64,000 bases of DNA from Eledone cirrhosa. Its lineage: Eukaryota. The DNA is taken from assembly GCA_964016885.1 (NCBI GenBank), contig OZ024740.1:157170001-157234000 (forward strand), written 5' to 3'. The notes under the pieces are model-generated. The model made no database searches. It was not told where the DNA came from and saw only the letters and a list, made by a program, of their open reading frames with translations. This document shows positions 52,522 to 64,000 of this stretch, in pieces (the first letter of the stretch is position 1; every line of letters begins with the position of its first letter). A program made the position numbers and the translations under genes.

Positions 52522-53008
52522 ACATGATGACTGCAAACTTGTGTTCGAGCATTGCCATCGCCTGATAAAATGCACAAAATTATGAAGCACGAATGTGGCT
52601 CTTTAAACCAGCCAAAGACTTGCACCCTTTGGCACATATATGGACACTGTAGGCTCCTCCGGGACTTTCCGTTGTTTTGTTCTGCCTGTGTGTCCTCTTG
52701 TGTCCTGTGTGTCCTCTTTTAAGCCCTCCCATGCTAACACATTCCTTACACCTTTTCAGATTATAATCTACATGAGGTCTACCGATATGACTTTGTTTGT
52801 GTCTAGTCAAACCAGCTTTACTCAGGCAGCCTCGACCACAGTGCTGGCAGACCAGATGATGTTCAACAGCAGGCAGTTCAGAACAATACAATCTCTTTTC
52901 CTTTCCTTCGTTTTCAATATTAGGTGTTCTCTCCGACGAGTTTCAAAGTGTTCACTACCTGACTTGATCAAACGTCTCCACTTCACACGCTCCTCAGCCA
53001 TTTTCACA
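52522..53008 (-). mobile_element. RTE-clade LINE 3' end with tandem C2H2 fingers
   Basis: AEERVKWRRLIKSGSEHFE; CQHCGRGCLSKAGLTRH; CAKGCKSLAGLKSH; stem-loop tail then (ATGT)n. Confidence 0.8.
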
Positions 53009-53020
53009 TAATACATACAT

Positions 53021-53077
<57 letters not shown>

Positions 53078-53080
<3 letters not shown>

Positions 53081-54125
53081 AAAAGAATGAAACGAAATTT
53101 CATTTCTCACTCTTAGTACGGCTGATACTTAAATGTAAGTATGTATGTATACGTACATACATATAGGTATACAGACGTACAGTAGTATGTATATATATAC
53201 ATACATGCACACATATATATATATGTACGTATGGGTTTACCGAACATTTATTATAATGTTCGGTTTGTTTGTAAACAAACAGCCCGAATTACGCCGTACA
53301 GCGTTCAGGCAACCATCGTCGTCTTTTTGTTCAACACTGACACAGGAACGCTGTACTAGTTTCAAGCTTATTAGCTATCGTCAGCATCGTATACCTTCCT
53401 GCCTCATGATTGAACGTCTGAAAGTATATACTTTCCTTATGCATATTAACGGCTGAGCAGCCTAATTTGCATATCGAGTGAGTTAGTCGGCCGGGCGCAC
53501 CGAAAACGATAAATGGAAAAGAATGAAACGAAATTTCATTTCTCACTCTTAGTACGGCTGATACTTAAATGTAAGTATGTATGTATACGTACATACATAT
53601 ATATATATAGACGTACAGTAGTATGTATATATATACATACATGCACACATATATGTACGTATGGGTTCACCGAACATTTATTATAATGTTCGGTTTGTTT
53701 GTAAACAAACAGCCCGATTAAGAGTGAGAAATGAAATTTCGTTTCATTCTTTTCCATTTATCGTTTTCGGTGCGCCCGGCCGACTAACTCACTCGATATG
53801 CAAATTAGGCTGCTTAGCCGTTAATATGCATAAGGAAAGTATATACTTTCAGACGTTCAATCATCTGGCAGGAAGGTATACGATGCTGACGATAGCTAAT
53901 AAGCTTGAAACTAGTACATCGTTCCTGTGTCAGTGTTAAACAAAAGGACGACGATGATTGGCTGGTACGGCGTAATTCGAGCTGTTTGTTTACAAACAAA
54001 CCGAACATTATAATAAATGTTCGGTAAACCCAACGTACATATATATATGTGTGCATGTATGTATATATATATACATACTATTGTACGTCTGTATACATAT
54101 ATGTATGTACGTATACATACATACT

Positions 54126-54128
<3 letters not shown>
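53078..54128. mobile_element. Retrozyme-like element: ~1.5 tandem units on minus (53078-53717) plus inverted unit on plus (53719-54128)
   Basis: Period 436 bp (53078 vs 53514); hammerheads at 53348-53390 (minus) and 53880-53922 (plus); (TA)n both sides. Confidence 0.88.
53880..53922 (+). ncRNA. Minimal type I hammerhead ribozyme, intact
   Basis: ACGATG-CTGACGA-tAGCT aata AGCTt-GAAA-CTA-GTA-CATCGT; 6-bp stem I, palindromic ACTAGT stem III, GUA site. Confidence 0.88.
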
Positions 54129-54185
<57 letters not shown>

Positions 54186-54219
54186 AAGAGTTTTCACACA
54201 TTTACCTCACTCAGACACA

Positions 54220-54258
<39 letters not shown>

Positions 54259-54670
54259 ACTCCAATCTCACTCGCACCAATTCTGTTGTTTTGTTCGTAA
54301 TGCATGTCACAAAGATCAGATAGTAACATCTCATTTTTCTTACAACCAACAAAGTTAACATACTTTATTGACAATCTATGTATTCTTTGCTGATTTAGAA
54401 TATAAAGGCCTAGTTTTTGAGACATCACAGCTGTCAAATGCTCCGTCAATTCATAGATATTTATGTATATGTACGCCTTTGTATCTTAATACATCTTTTG
54501 TACTTTTAAATATCGACGTTCTTTCAAAAGAAACGAGTGTTAGGTTTGTTGTTCTAATTCTTGTCGTTGTTTAACCTCATGTTAACCCTGATCTAATATA
54601 CATATGATCAAAAGCTTTCAAGCTGTCCTGATTTTGAATGTTATTTTTCACCAATAGTATACATTCAAAC

Positions 54671-54776
<106 letters not shown>

Positions 54777-54779
54777 CTC

Positions 54780-56178
54780 TCTTTTGAAAATTGGGAATAT
54801 CACACCCCACTGCCATTGCTTACAGAGATTCAGGCAACCCGGCACACACGAGTCAGTCAGAGAATATCTTCTTTATTTAAAGCTTTTAACATCTCCGGCC
54901 GGATTTCATCTTCCCCGGCGGCCATGCCATATTTGAGCTCTTTAACTGCTCTTGTGACCTCAGCCTCGGATAGATTAGTCACCGCTCCCAAATGTACCTC
55001 GTATACATCAGAAGATGCTGTTGTGATGGGGTTTAGGAGATCGACAAAGTATTCTCTCCACCTGAAGAGAGGAGAACCGCAAACGCCTTCCTTGTGACAG
55101 CTATGGAAGAGAACATCTTACTACGAAGTCGGCGGATGGACTGCCAAAACACATTAATTGCTAATCTGATGTCGGATTCCAGGAAAACCCCAAAGTCCTC
55201 CCATGTCTTAAATTTGGACGTCTTTACTGTCTCTGCCGCGATTCTTCCTGCCTGCTTGTACCGGAAATCAAAAAAGAAAACTTGTTTTTAAGCCAAGCTT
55301 TGTAAGCTTTTTTGTATTTATTTTGCTCTGATGGCACCTTTAAACCCTTGATTGAACCAAGGGGTCCTCCTGTCATCAGGTGCCACACCAAACCTCTTTC
55401 GCCTGCAGCATTTAACAGCTGAATCAGAAACTGCCGAGCAATCTCCACTTTGTCTCAACCTCTTCAGCCTGCTCAGGGAATTCGCTGAATTTGGATGCAA
55501 TAGTATCTGCATATCTGGTCCTTATTTCCTTATCCACCAATGCTTCCCACTTTATCCTGTAAGTCGCCCAGGACCTGCCAGTTTTGTTGATTTCTTTGGC
55601 TTCAGGTAGTCTCAAGTTGCAAATAACTAGATGGTGATCAGTTAACAGTTCAGCCCCTCTTCTAACACGAACATCCAGCCTCCTTGTTAAGCTTCTTCGA
55701 TAAATTATATGCTAAGTGTCTAACAAAGAGATGTAGAGAGATTGTGGCGTCCAAACTAGGTGATGAACAGTGCAGTTTTCGTTACGGGTGCAGCGCAGTC
55801 TACCAAATATCACACTGCAGCACTTTTTCGAGAAATCGGCGGAGTATTGCCAAGAATTATATTTTTGTTTTGTAGGCCTCTAAAAGGTGTATCACCGCGT
55901 TCCTCGGGACCTGTTGTGGAAGGTTCTGCAGGAGTATGGGATAGATGGTCAGACGGGTTGAAAGTGTTATCACGACTGACCGGCAGATGTCGAATCAGCC
56001 GGCTGGAAATTGCAGACGACATGGCATTACTCAACTCGACAGAAGGCGTTATCCGACTTGCACTCGATAGATTTGATGCTGAGTGCTACATGGCTGGAAT
56101 TTAAATCAGTGCTGCGAAAACTGAGACTCTCATCCTCTCAAGCAAGCCTGCACATTGCACTCTATATGTGAAGCAGCC
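54780..56178. mobile_element. RTE-clade (Expander/Rex3-like) LINE fragment with inverted 5' part (minus 54780-55680, plus 55681-56178)
   Basis: Minus: TDHHLV, TPWFN, AAGEDEIRPEMLKAL, WQWGVIFPIFK; plus: LLSFFDKLYAKCL, EQCSFR, IADDMAL. Confidence 0.82.
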
Positions 56179-57536
56179 CTCTACCGATTTTGATGATTCT
56201 TTTTCCAATGTGCTCCAAATTTACCAAGGATGGTCAACGCGTAATAACTTTTGCCAAAAATGTCCTGCTTCTATAAAAAAAAATTGATAAAAATAAATAC
56301 ATGCTGTAAGCCTCTCTCTTACACGCTTATTCACTCTGTCTACTACCATCAACAATCTATGAAACTACATACATGTTGCAACTCTCTTTAAAAGGTTCAT
56401 CCCTCCCTCTACTCCCTCCTAAATCTCCTCTGCAACTCTCTTTAAAAGGTTACTGTCTCCGTCTACTACCCTATCACCATTACAATTTAGAACAGCGACA
56501 AAACTTCTTTTCAAGGAACGCGACACAAACTTTGAAAACTAAGCAACACATCAATTTATACAACAACAAACATAGCTTTACTCTCTCCGTCGCTCTTCCC
56601 TCTCTCTAAAATAGATTATTCCCCCTCTCTATAATTTAACTGCTTCACTCTCTTCTTGCTTCGAGGTTTAACACGCCTCCTTATGGTTTCTTAGCTTCAC
56701 TCTCTCCGTCTCTCTTCCCTCTCTCTATAATAGATCATTCCCCCTCTTCGTTCAGGAACGCGAATAAACTTTGATAACTAAGCAACACATCAATTTATAC
56801 AACAAACATAGTCATAACGACGCTCATACATCAAATAACAAAACTTAAAAAGCCGATAACACTAAAATCATACTGCTCTCTCAGCGTTATATTTTACACA
56901 CTTACATTTTTTGCATCAAATAACAAATATTCAAAAGCAACAGATGAATTTATAAAACAAACAAACGTAATCATAACGACGCTTAAGCATTCATTTACTT
57001 GAATCTCAACAAAGATATTATATTTTAATGTTGTCCTTTTTGTAATTTTTTTCTTTGTTTTTCGCAATATGAGACAAAAAAATAATGAGAAATCTTTTTT
57101 CAGGAACCTCCGATTTCGATGATTTATTTTCCAGTGTGCTCCAAAATATCGCCGCTGTTTATGCTCTTTTGTGCTATAACTCAGACGGGCTTGGCTTACA
57201 GGTTTGACCTACTATTTGACGTGTATTCTTCATACAACTTACTTAGTACTCACTTTCCACTTATTCACTCTTCAATTGAAATGTTTCGCTACTCCGCCTT
57301 GACACCCAGCGGCATCAGGGCCACCATCTTCCACAATTCTGCTAAATTCGCTATTGGAAGATTATTAACCCATCATTGATTGTCCAAAATGCTAATTGGT
57401 TCGTAACTTTTAATAACCGGTTCAACTGCTTGATGCACTTAATTGATAAGCTTATTCGCTTTCAAGTCACGTTTACCTGTATGTAACTTTTCATAGCAAA
57501 TAAACAAACCCGAGCAACGCCGTGCTAAACTGCTAG
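56179..57536 (+). mobile_element. Non-autonomous Helitron, 5' tip missing
   Basis: Shares 5' region with 45439-46250 and 51246-51986; ends cccgagcaacgccgtg...CTAG|T. Confidence 0.9.
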
Positions 57537-57615
<79 letters not shown>

Positions 57616-57689
57616 CTATGTATGAGATGACCCCTTAGCCTTTGTCAAGGCAGAATTCTAGGAGAAGGAAAACTCTGATATAACACCTG

Positions 57690-58030
57690 CAGCCCTGATG
57701 GTATCCAATGATGTTGACTTGTTCTTCTTTTTGGTAAATATCATCTTGGTTAAGAGAGTGGGACTGGCTTTGTGCAGTGCCTTTGCTCACTATAAAAGCT
57801 TCACGGCACAGGCATTGCTTTATATCTGGAGATCTCTCTGCACTTGTCGTCACATGGTACCATGGGCCCTGCACTGTGTCAATAATTGTCATAAGTGTAG
57901 TGTTTGTACCAGAGTTTTCAAGTCGCTGGCTGGACTTAAAAGTCACACTCGTTCAGCGCATCGGTAGGGGTTCTCCTACATGGATATAAAGTAGTGGCCG
58001 TACTCGAAAACGAGTTGGCAGCCACCATAT
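57690..58030 (+). mobile_element. RTE-clade LINE 3' end, decayed
   Basis: CSVCTRVFKSLAGLKSH-stop region; tail gccgtactcgaaaacgagttggcagccacc. Confidence 0.7.
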
Positions 58031-58603
58031 ATCTACTATATAAATTGAAAGTGGTCGGACGTTGTATATGTAGCTGTAGTCGGATAAACGTCGAAACGGC
58101 TTGGTGGAATGCAGCGAAAATTTACACAGTTATGCAGAATGACGAGAGGAGGCGTTGGGTCGACTTTCAAGCTACAAGCTTCCATGATTACGGAGAAAAT
58201 CGATGAAACAGGAATTTCCCATTCAAATTGAACTGAGAGTAATCTGTGAACGCATATTTCGAGAACTGTTGCAACCGAAGGAAAACAGGAAGACGATATT
58301 TTGGTTCGTGAAGACGTTCCCTGACAAACGAGGATAATACGTCATTATGTGGCCCGTGAAGAACAATTTCATGCAAAGACAAAACCAAGTTTATGGTATA
58401 AATGGAGTCGTTAGACTAATATTCTATTTAAAATAACAATGATTTCCAGCCCCGGAGTTTAAGAATGATGTAAATAAAATTGAAAACGAAAATGACAGAG
58501 GTTATTAAAATAGTAAAAGTAAATAGTGAAGATTTAGGCCAGTACATACGTATGCCCCAACGGACATACACATACATACGCACACACAAATACACACACA
58601 CAT

Positions 58604-58663
<60 letters not shown>

Positions 58664-58685
58664 ACACACACACACACGCGCGCGC

Positions 58686-59122
58686 ATGTATGAACCTTAT
58701 GCATTTCTACAGTATTTTCACCAAACTTAAGACATAGGTTACTTATGTACTCCGGATGGTCATGGGCACTTTCATTTGTCCATATATTGAATATAGGGCC
58801 TCCCGGCAGATAACCCCCTTTAACCACTTCCTTGGAGTCGACTGAAGCACTGCAGTGCAATGAAACAAAACGTCATAACTTCTCGAGTTCGCAACCGATT
58901 TTCACAAAACTTGACACATGGGCTACGCTTGTCCTACAGAGGAATGTGAACTCTCCGAATTGGCACATATTGAATAGGGGACCCCTGGGAGCAGGAACCC
59001 CCTTTTGGAAAAAGCCGATGATTTTGTAAAAGTATAGTTTTCGAAGCAGCACTGAAGTATTGACATAAATGGTATACACAACCGCTATTTAATACCCGAG
59101 CAACGCCGGGTACCTCTACTAG
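58686..59122 (+). mobile_element. Short non-autonomous Helitron, different subfamily; 5' boundary uncertain
   Basis: Ends cccgagcaacgccggg...CTAG|T, the same 3' hairpin as 51184 and 57536. Confidence 0.75.
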
Positions 59123-59127
59123 TATAT

Positions 59128-59558
59128 AATAAATTTAATCTGAGTTTTTCGAATATTAATAATAACATTCGATTCGTTTGCAATTATGCAAACAAGCTTC
59201 AATTTTATAGTCATGTCAGTAGAATGAACCCTTCATTCTTGCCCTTGTGTTAGCATGCGAACAGAACTGCAGACACTAATGTTTATGAGTATCACCCTTC
59301 ATCAGTACGAATCGAATGTTATTATTAATATTCGGAAAGGGCGGTGAATTGGCAGTATCGGTAGAGGGTCGGACGCCATGCTTTCCAGCATAGTTACGTC
59401 CCTCTACGGTCTGAGTTCAAATCCCGTCGAGGTTAACTTTGCTTTTATCCTTACGGGGTCGATAAAATAATGTACCAGTAATGTACTGGGTAATTGCTGG
59501 CCTTGTGCCAAAAGTAGAAGCAATTATTAATATTCGAAAAACTCAGATTACATTTATT
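59128..59558. repeat. ~50-bp inverted repeat around a degenerate hammerhead; right arm split by a SINE
   Basis: 59128-59177 vs 59307-59334 plus 59537-59558; minus strand CTGATGA-agggtgatactca-TAAAC at ~59280-59305. Confidence 0.75.
59339..59522 (+). mobile_element. Young tRNA-derived SINE with Meta-like core
   Basis: Same family as 39125; TSD attattaatattcg(g/a)aaa at 59321-59338 and 59523-59540. Confidence 0.92.
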
Positions 59559-59591
59559 GTATTCAGCCATATAGGGCGAAATTTTCTTTTT

Positions 59592-59654
<63 letters not shown>

Positions 59655-59656
<2 letters not shown>

Positions 59657-60006
59657 AAAGGTAAACAGAAATAACAACACAATCGGTACAGTATATGGAA
59701 GGTATATATTAGGTTAACGCTTGGTACAGCAGGAAGAGGGACTTAACGTTTCGGACGCTAGTCCTTCATTAGAAGAAAGAATGAGAAATAAAATAGATTG
59801 GGGGAACGGGCAGGATGGAATTAGAAAAATTGTCTTTAGATAAAAATAACAGGTCCATTCATGTTGACATCTCTTGCAAAACTGTTAGTGCTGGCGTTTT
59901 GTGTATGATTTGTGTTTTAGAAAAGTGGATGATGGCAGGCGTCTACCTGAAATGGAAAAAAAAACGTTTTGTAAAAAGAGCTATACTTGAGCACGTGCGT
60001 AAGCAT

Positions 60007-60081
<75 letters not shown>

Positions 60082-60119
60082 TGTGTGTGTGTATTTGTGT
60101 GTGTGTGTGTGTGTGTTTG

Positions 60120-60165
<46 letters not shown>

Positions 60166-61238
60166 ATAAGTCCGTACGAAGCTAAGAAGAAATGTGTGTG
60201 TATATGTGAGTAAAAGTGTATGTGCATGTAAGTACGAAGATATGAGCAAAAGTATGTTAGGCATGTATTAGTAGTAAGAGAAGCTGCTAATGATCAAGAG
60301 AAAGCGATAGGAATCTAGGGGTGTTATAATGGACGGGGTATTAGAGAAATTGGGGAGGTGAGTTGAGTCCAAGAGGGGAATAGGACCAAAGACGGTGAAT
60401 CAGACTTTGTTCAGTCCTGGTGCGCGAGGCCTGTGATCCATGATGTAAAAGGAAACCCAGGACTGAAACATGTAGGGAAGAATGACCAGGAGAACAGAAA
60501 TGACGGGCGAAAGGAATATCCAAACCGAGTCGTATGTCCCTCAAATGTTCGGCAAAACGGTCCGCCATACGGCATCCCGTTTGTCCGATATATATAGACC
60601 CACAAAGGGAACACCGGAGGGCATAGACAACGTAGGTGGATGTGCAGGTGAAGGAATGGCGGATACGGAAAGACCCGTTAGGGCCTGTAAGAGTGGTGAG
60701 GGTGGAAATAAAGGGACAAGTGTTGCAGCGGGAACGGGAACAAGGATGAGAACCGGGTGGAGTCGTGGGAGAGGCCGAAAAAGAACTGCGAACCAGAAGG
60801 TTGCGGAGGTTTCGGGCGCGCTTAAAAGCAATAATGGGTGGATTTGGAAAAAAGCGAGAAGTGGCGGGGTCAGAAGAGAGGATGCGGAAGGAACGGAAGA
60901 TATGTCGTCGGAGTGGTAGAGTGATGGGGTGGTAGGTGAGAGGGAAAGGAACACGGGTGTTGGGAGGGCGGGGGTGAGATGAGAGGGCTGTGGTGCCGTC
61001 TGTTTCACGGGCGCGGGTGAGAGCAGCTTGGATGAAGGTGGGGGATATCCACGTTGGATGAAGCAGGAAGCCATGCGAAGGGAATGAGTTTCGAATTCGT
61101 CGTCCTGGCTACAGAGTCGAGGAAGACGGAGGAATTGGGAATAGGCTATGGAGTGTTTGGTGTGGGCTGGTTGGGAGGAGGTGAAGTCGAGATAAGATTG
61201 GGAGTCTGTTGGTTTAATGTAGATGGAAGTAGAGAGGG

Positions 61239-61240
<2 letters not shown>
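59655..61240 (-). mobile_element. Penelope-like element (second Neptune-type family), 5'-truncated and frameshifted, with 3' UTR
   Basis: IYIKPTDSQSYL, SIAYSQFLRL, PCSRSRCNTC, FTCTSTYVVYALRCSLCGSIYIGQTG, RFAEH, PLGLN; stop at 60341. Confidence 0.9.
59742..59775 (-). ncRNA. Minimal hammerhead, G5 mutated (CUAAUGA)
   Basis: CTT-CTAATGA-aGGAC tagc GTCC-GAAAC-GTT-AAG in the PLE 3' UTR. Confidence 0.55.
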
Positions 61241-61310
<70 letters not shown>

Positions 61311-61864
61311 GGCATACGTTAAGACGGGCGTTGCGGAAAATGAAAGTAAATTTTTTGACAACAATGTTAATTTGTTTGGGTTTTTTTTACAATGAAAGTT
61401 ACGATACACACGCAATTGTATTCATTTCTTAATATATATATATGTGTGGGTGTGTATATGTGTGTATATATGTGTGTGTCTGTATGTATATATATATGTG
61501 TGTTTGTATATATATATGTGTTTGTGTCATCATCATCGTTTAACGTCTATCTAAAGAAAAAATAATCACACACGCAATACTAATTAACACCATATCACTA
61601 TAGAGACCTGTTGTAAATAAACAACACGCAATACTAATTAACACCATATCACTATAGAGACCTGTTGTAAATAAACAAACAAATTCACAGTGTACACACA
61701 TATATACACACATATACACACCCACACATATATATATATTAAGAAATCCATACAATTGCGTGTGTATCGTAACTTTCATTGTAAAAAAAAACAAAAAAAA
61801 CAAATTCACATTGTTGTCAAAAAATTTACTTTCACTTTCCGCAACGCCCGTCTTAACGTATGCC
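61311..61864. repeat. ~170-bp inverted repeat enclosing a 54-bp tandem duplication
   Basis: 61311-61478 vs 61694-61864; direct repeat starting at 61570 and 61624. Confidence 0.9.
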
Positions 61865-61884
61865 ATATATATATATATCTAAGG

Positions 61885-62113
61885 CGGGTAAAATTCCCGA
61901 GATCCATGGACGAGTTCTCTCCAGCGGTCTCTGTCCCTCATTATCGCTGCCATGTCCTGCGTCTCCAACAGACCAGTGTTTGTCCTTAGGGCATCAACAT
62001 ACGTTAATCTTGGTCTTCCACTTCTAGTGTGTCCATGTAGGTGCTCCCAAAGGAGCACTGAGTGCAATGTCAACTCTGGATGTCGGTGAGCATGTCCAGC
62101 TAACCTCAGTCTC
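61885..62113 (-). mobile_element. RTE-group LINE C-terminal fragment
   Basis: RLRLAGHAHRH...VLLW...GRPRLTYVDAL...MRDRDRWR. Confidence 0.8.
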
Positions 62114-62179
62114 CATATATATATAGAGATAGGGGGATAGAAAGAGAGGGAGAGAGAGGGAGAGATTATAAATAGATAT

Positions 62180-62404
62180 CCTTCTTTATTTGCCACAGGG
62201 GCGCACAAAAATGGGACATTACAAGACGTGACGGCGGGGGTTTTACATAAAATCTGTAACTGATAAATAACAATAAACTATATAAAAATAAAACAAATGA
62301 AATGCTCATTTGAGGGGGGTAACGCTACTGCGGGGTTGTTTTACACCCCGTGGATAGAACAACCCTCAACACAAGGAACACGTTTTGTAGGTGTTCCCGA
62401 AAAA
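62180..62404 (-). mobile_element. 3' UTR fragment of the Tx1 family
   Basis: Minus strand tgtcccatttttgtgcgcccctgtggcaaataaagaa matches the ends of copies A and B; TCTA-like sequence at both junctions. Confidence 0.8.
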
Positions 62405-63030
62405 TAGATAGACATATAATGTGTCAAAACCAATGTTATCCACTTTATTCTTTTCTTCGTGGGGAGATTGAAATTCTAATTCTTGTAAGTTAAAAAGTTA
62501 GTCAGCGGCTGCTTAGTTCTTTCGTTGTTATATAATGGCAAGTCATTTATATCGAACAGACTTTCCAGTTGTGATTGAGATAATATTTTCAGCACTAAAT
62601 AGTTGTATGTATAGATGCACCCATAAATCCTAGTGGGTTCATAGGACCATCTGGTGATATATGCAATGTCTTGAGCATTTTAAAGCTGGCGGAGCTCCTT
62701 ACTCTCCAGATCTGGACACAGACGATTTCTTCCAGAGAAGAAGAGTGGGTTATAGAGGTGAAGCCCAAATAGGATACAAAGGATGAATCGACCGCAGTAC
62801 GGTACTGTTACCTTTTTAGTTACCTCGGGTAAGGATGAAAAGCATAGTTGATTTAAACTCAGAACGCAGGAAGCCAAAAAGAATACCACAAACGTTTCTA
62901 TTGAACGCTATAACTACTCTACCAATACGCTACAAACTTGTTAATTGATTTATGTCTAAAAGCTTTCACTCGGTACAGAAATATATGCAAACCTATCTAA
63001 AGGTTAAAAAGTATATACATATATACATAC

Positions 63031-63097
<67 letters not shown>

Positions 63098-64000
63098 ATT
63101 AAATAAATGGAAACTATATTTATAAAACCATATTTATTTCATTATATATATTTCAGGGATATCATATTAACAATATGCTATGCCTTCCTCAGACAAAATA
63201 CAATATAAACAGTTTTATAGACAAATAGATTCGACATACCGTAACAACATCGACTTGTTTTTGAAAAGGTTGATTTGGCAGTGAAAAAATTGTACACAGA
63301 GAGAAAGAAAGAGAGAAAAAAAAAAAAGAAAGACAGAAAACGAAGAAAAAGAAGAAAAAGAAGAAATGCATGGAACAAAATAGAGAGATGGAAAGATAGA
63401 TAAAGAGAAGAACTTCATGTAAAGAAACAGAAAGAGATATATATATATAGAGAGAGAGGAAATAGAGATAGATACATATATATAGAAAATTAGGTAGCGG
63501 GACGTCTGTTGAGTAAACGCATCAATGATACATTTATTTATTTATTTATTTATTTAGCTCTAGTATTAATGTAAGGGAGATATATAGAGAGAGGAATTTA
63601 AACTTCGACGGAATTTAAACTTCGCTATAATAACCACAAGAATTCTTTCACAGATCCAAGCAAAAAATCTTCAACGGCACTATCAGGCGTACTCTGGCAA
63701 CTTAAGCTAGATAACGTTAGATATTCGACGGCTTGGAATATAGTCTCAAGAGGGATTCCTTTTAATTCATCCTCTGAGACATGTGACCTCTGCGCAGAGG
63801 AGATATTCTTTATACTAAAATCTAAAAATTCCCTTAATCTACGGACAAATTTATTCAGTTGTTGCAAACATAGATTAAACTCAACGTTTAAATATAAATT
63901 TAAATTTAAAATGTAGTATATTTAGTTTGATTTATAATTATATGTGAAACTAGCCGATAAATCTTTGATTCCCTCTTTTTATTCTTTTTATTTTATTTTA

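Noticed and set aside
63625-63867. 80-aa non-repetitive minus-strand ORF
   Set aside because: No recognisable family, no ATG, no clear splice sites; needs a database search.

Overview
AT-rich, microsatellite-laden animal genomic DNA; the repeat spectrum suggests a mollusc, probably an octopus (inference only). Almost all of the window is intron of a plus-strand class B (secretin/PTH-receptor-like) GPCR gene, of which two exons are visible (5937-5997 and 29477-29546, TM4-ECL2-TM5). The introns are packed with mobile elements: several Penelope-like elements (two Neptune-type copies of one family, a second Neptune-type family, two Nematis-like pieces and many solo terminal-repeat relics), a head-to-tail pair of decayed Tx1/L1-clade LINEs in (TCTA)n tracts, a full-length but inactivated Helitron with non-autonomous relatives, RTE and CR1-group fragments, tRNA-derived SINEs and two MITEs. 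Most notable: (1) about a dozen type I hammerhead ribozyme motifs, including an apparent U3-A8 covariant core in two unrelated element families; (2) a ~436-bp non-coding, circularly permuted, hammerhead-bearing unit (retrozyme-like) inserted with Penelope-style 5' inversions and carrying an ATGCAAAT octamer; (3) a structurally conserved hairpin over the ORF1 stop codon of both Tx1 copies, overlapping a splice-donor-like motif. All alignments and folds were done by eye.
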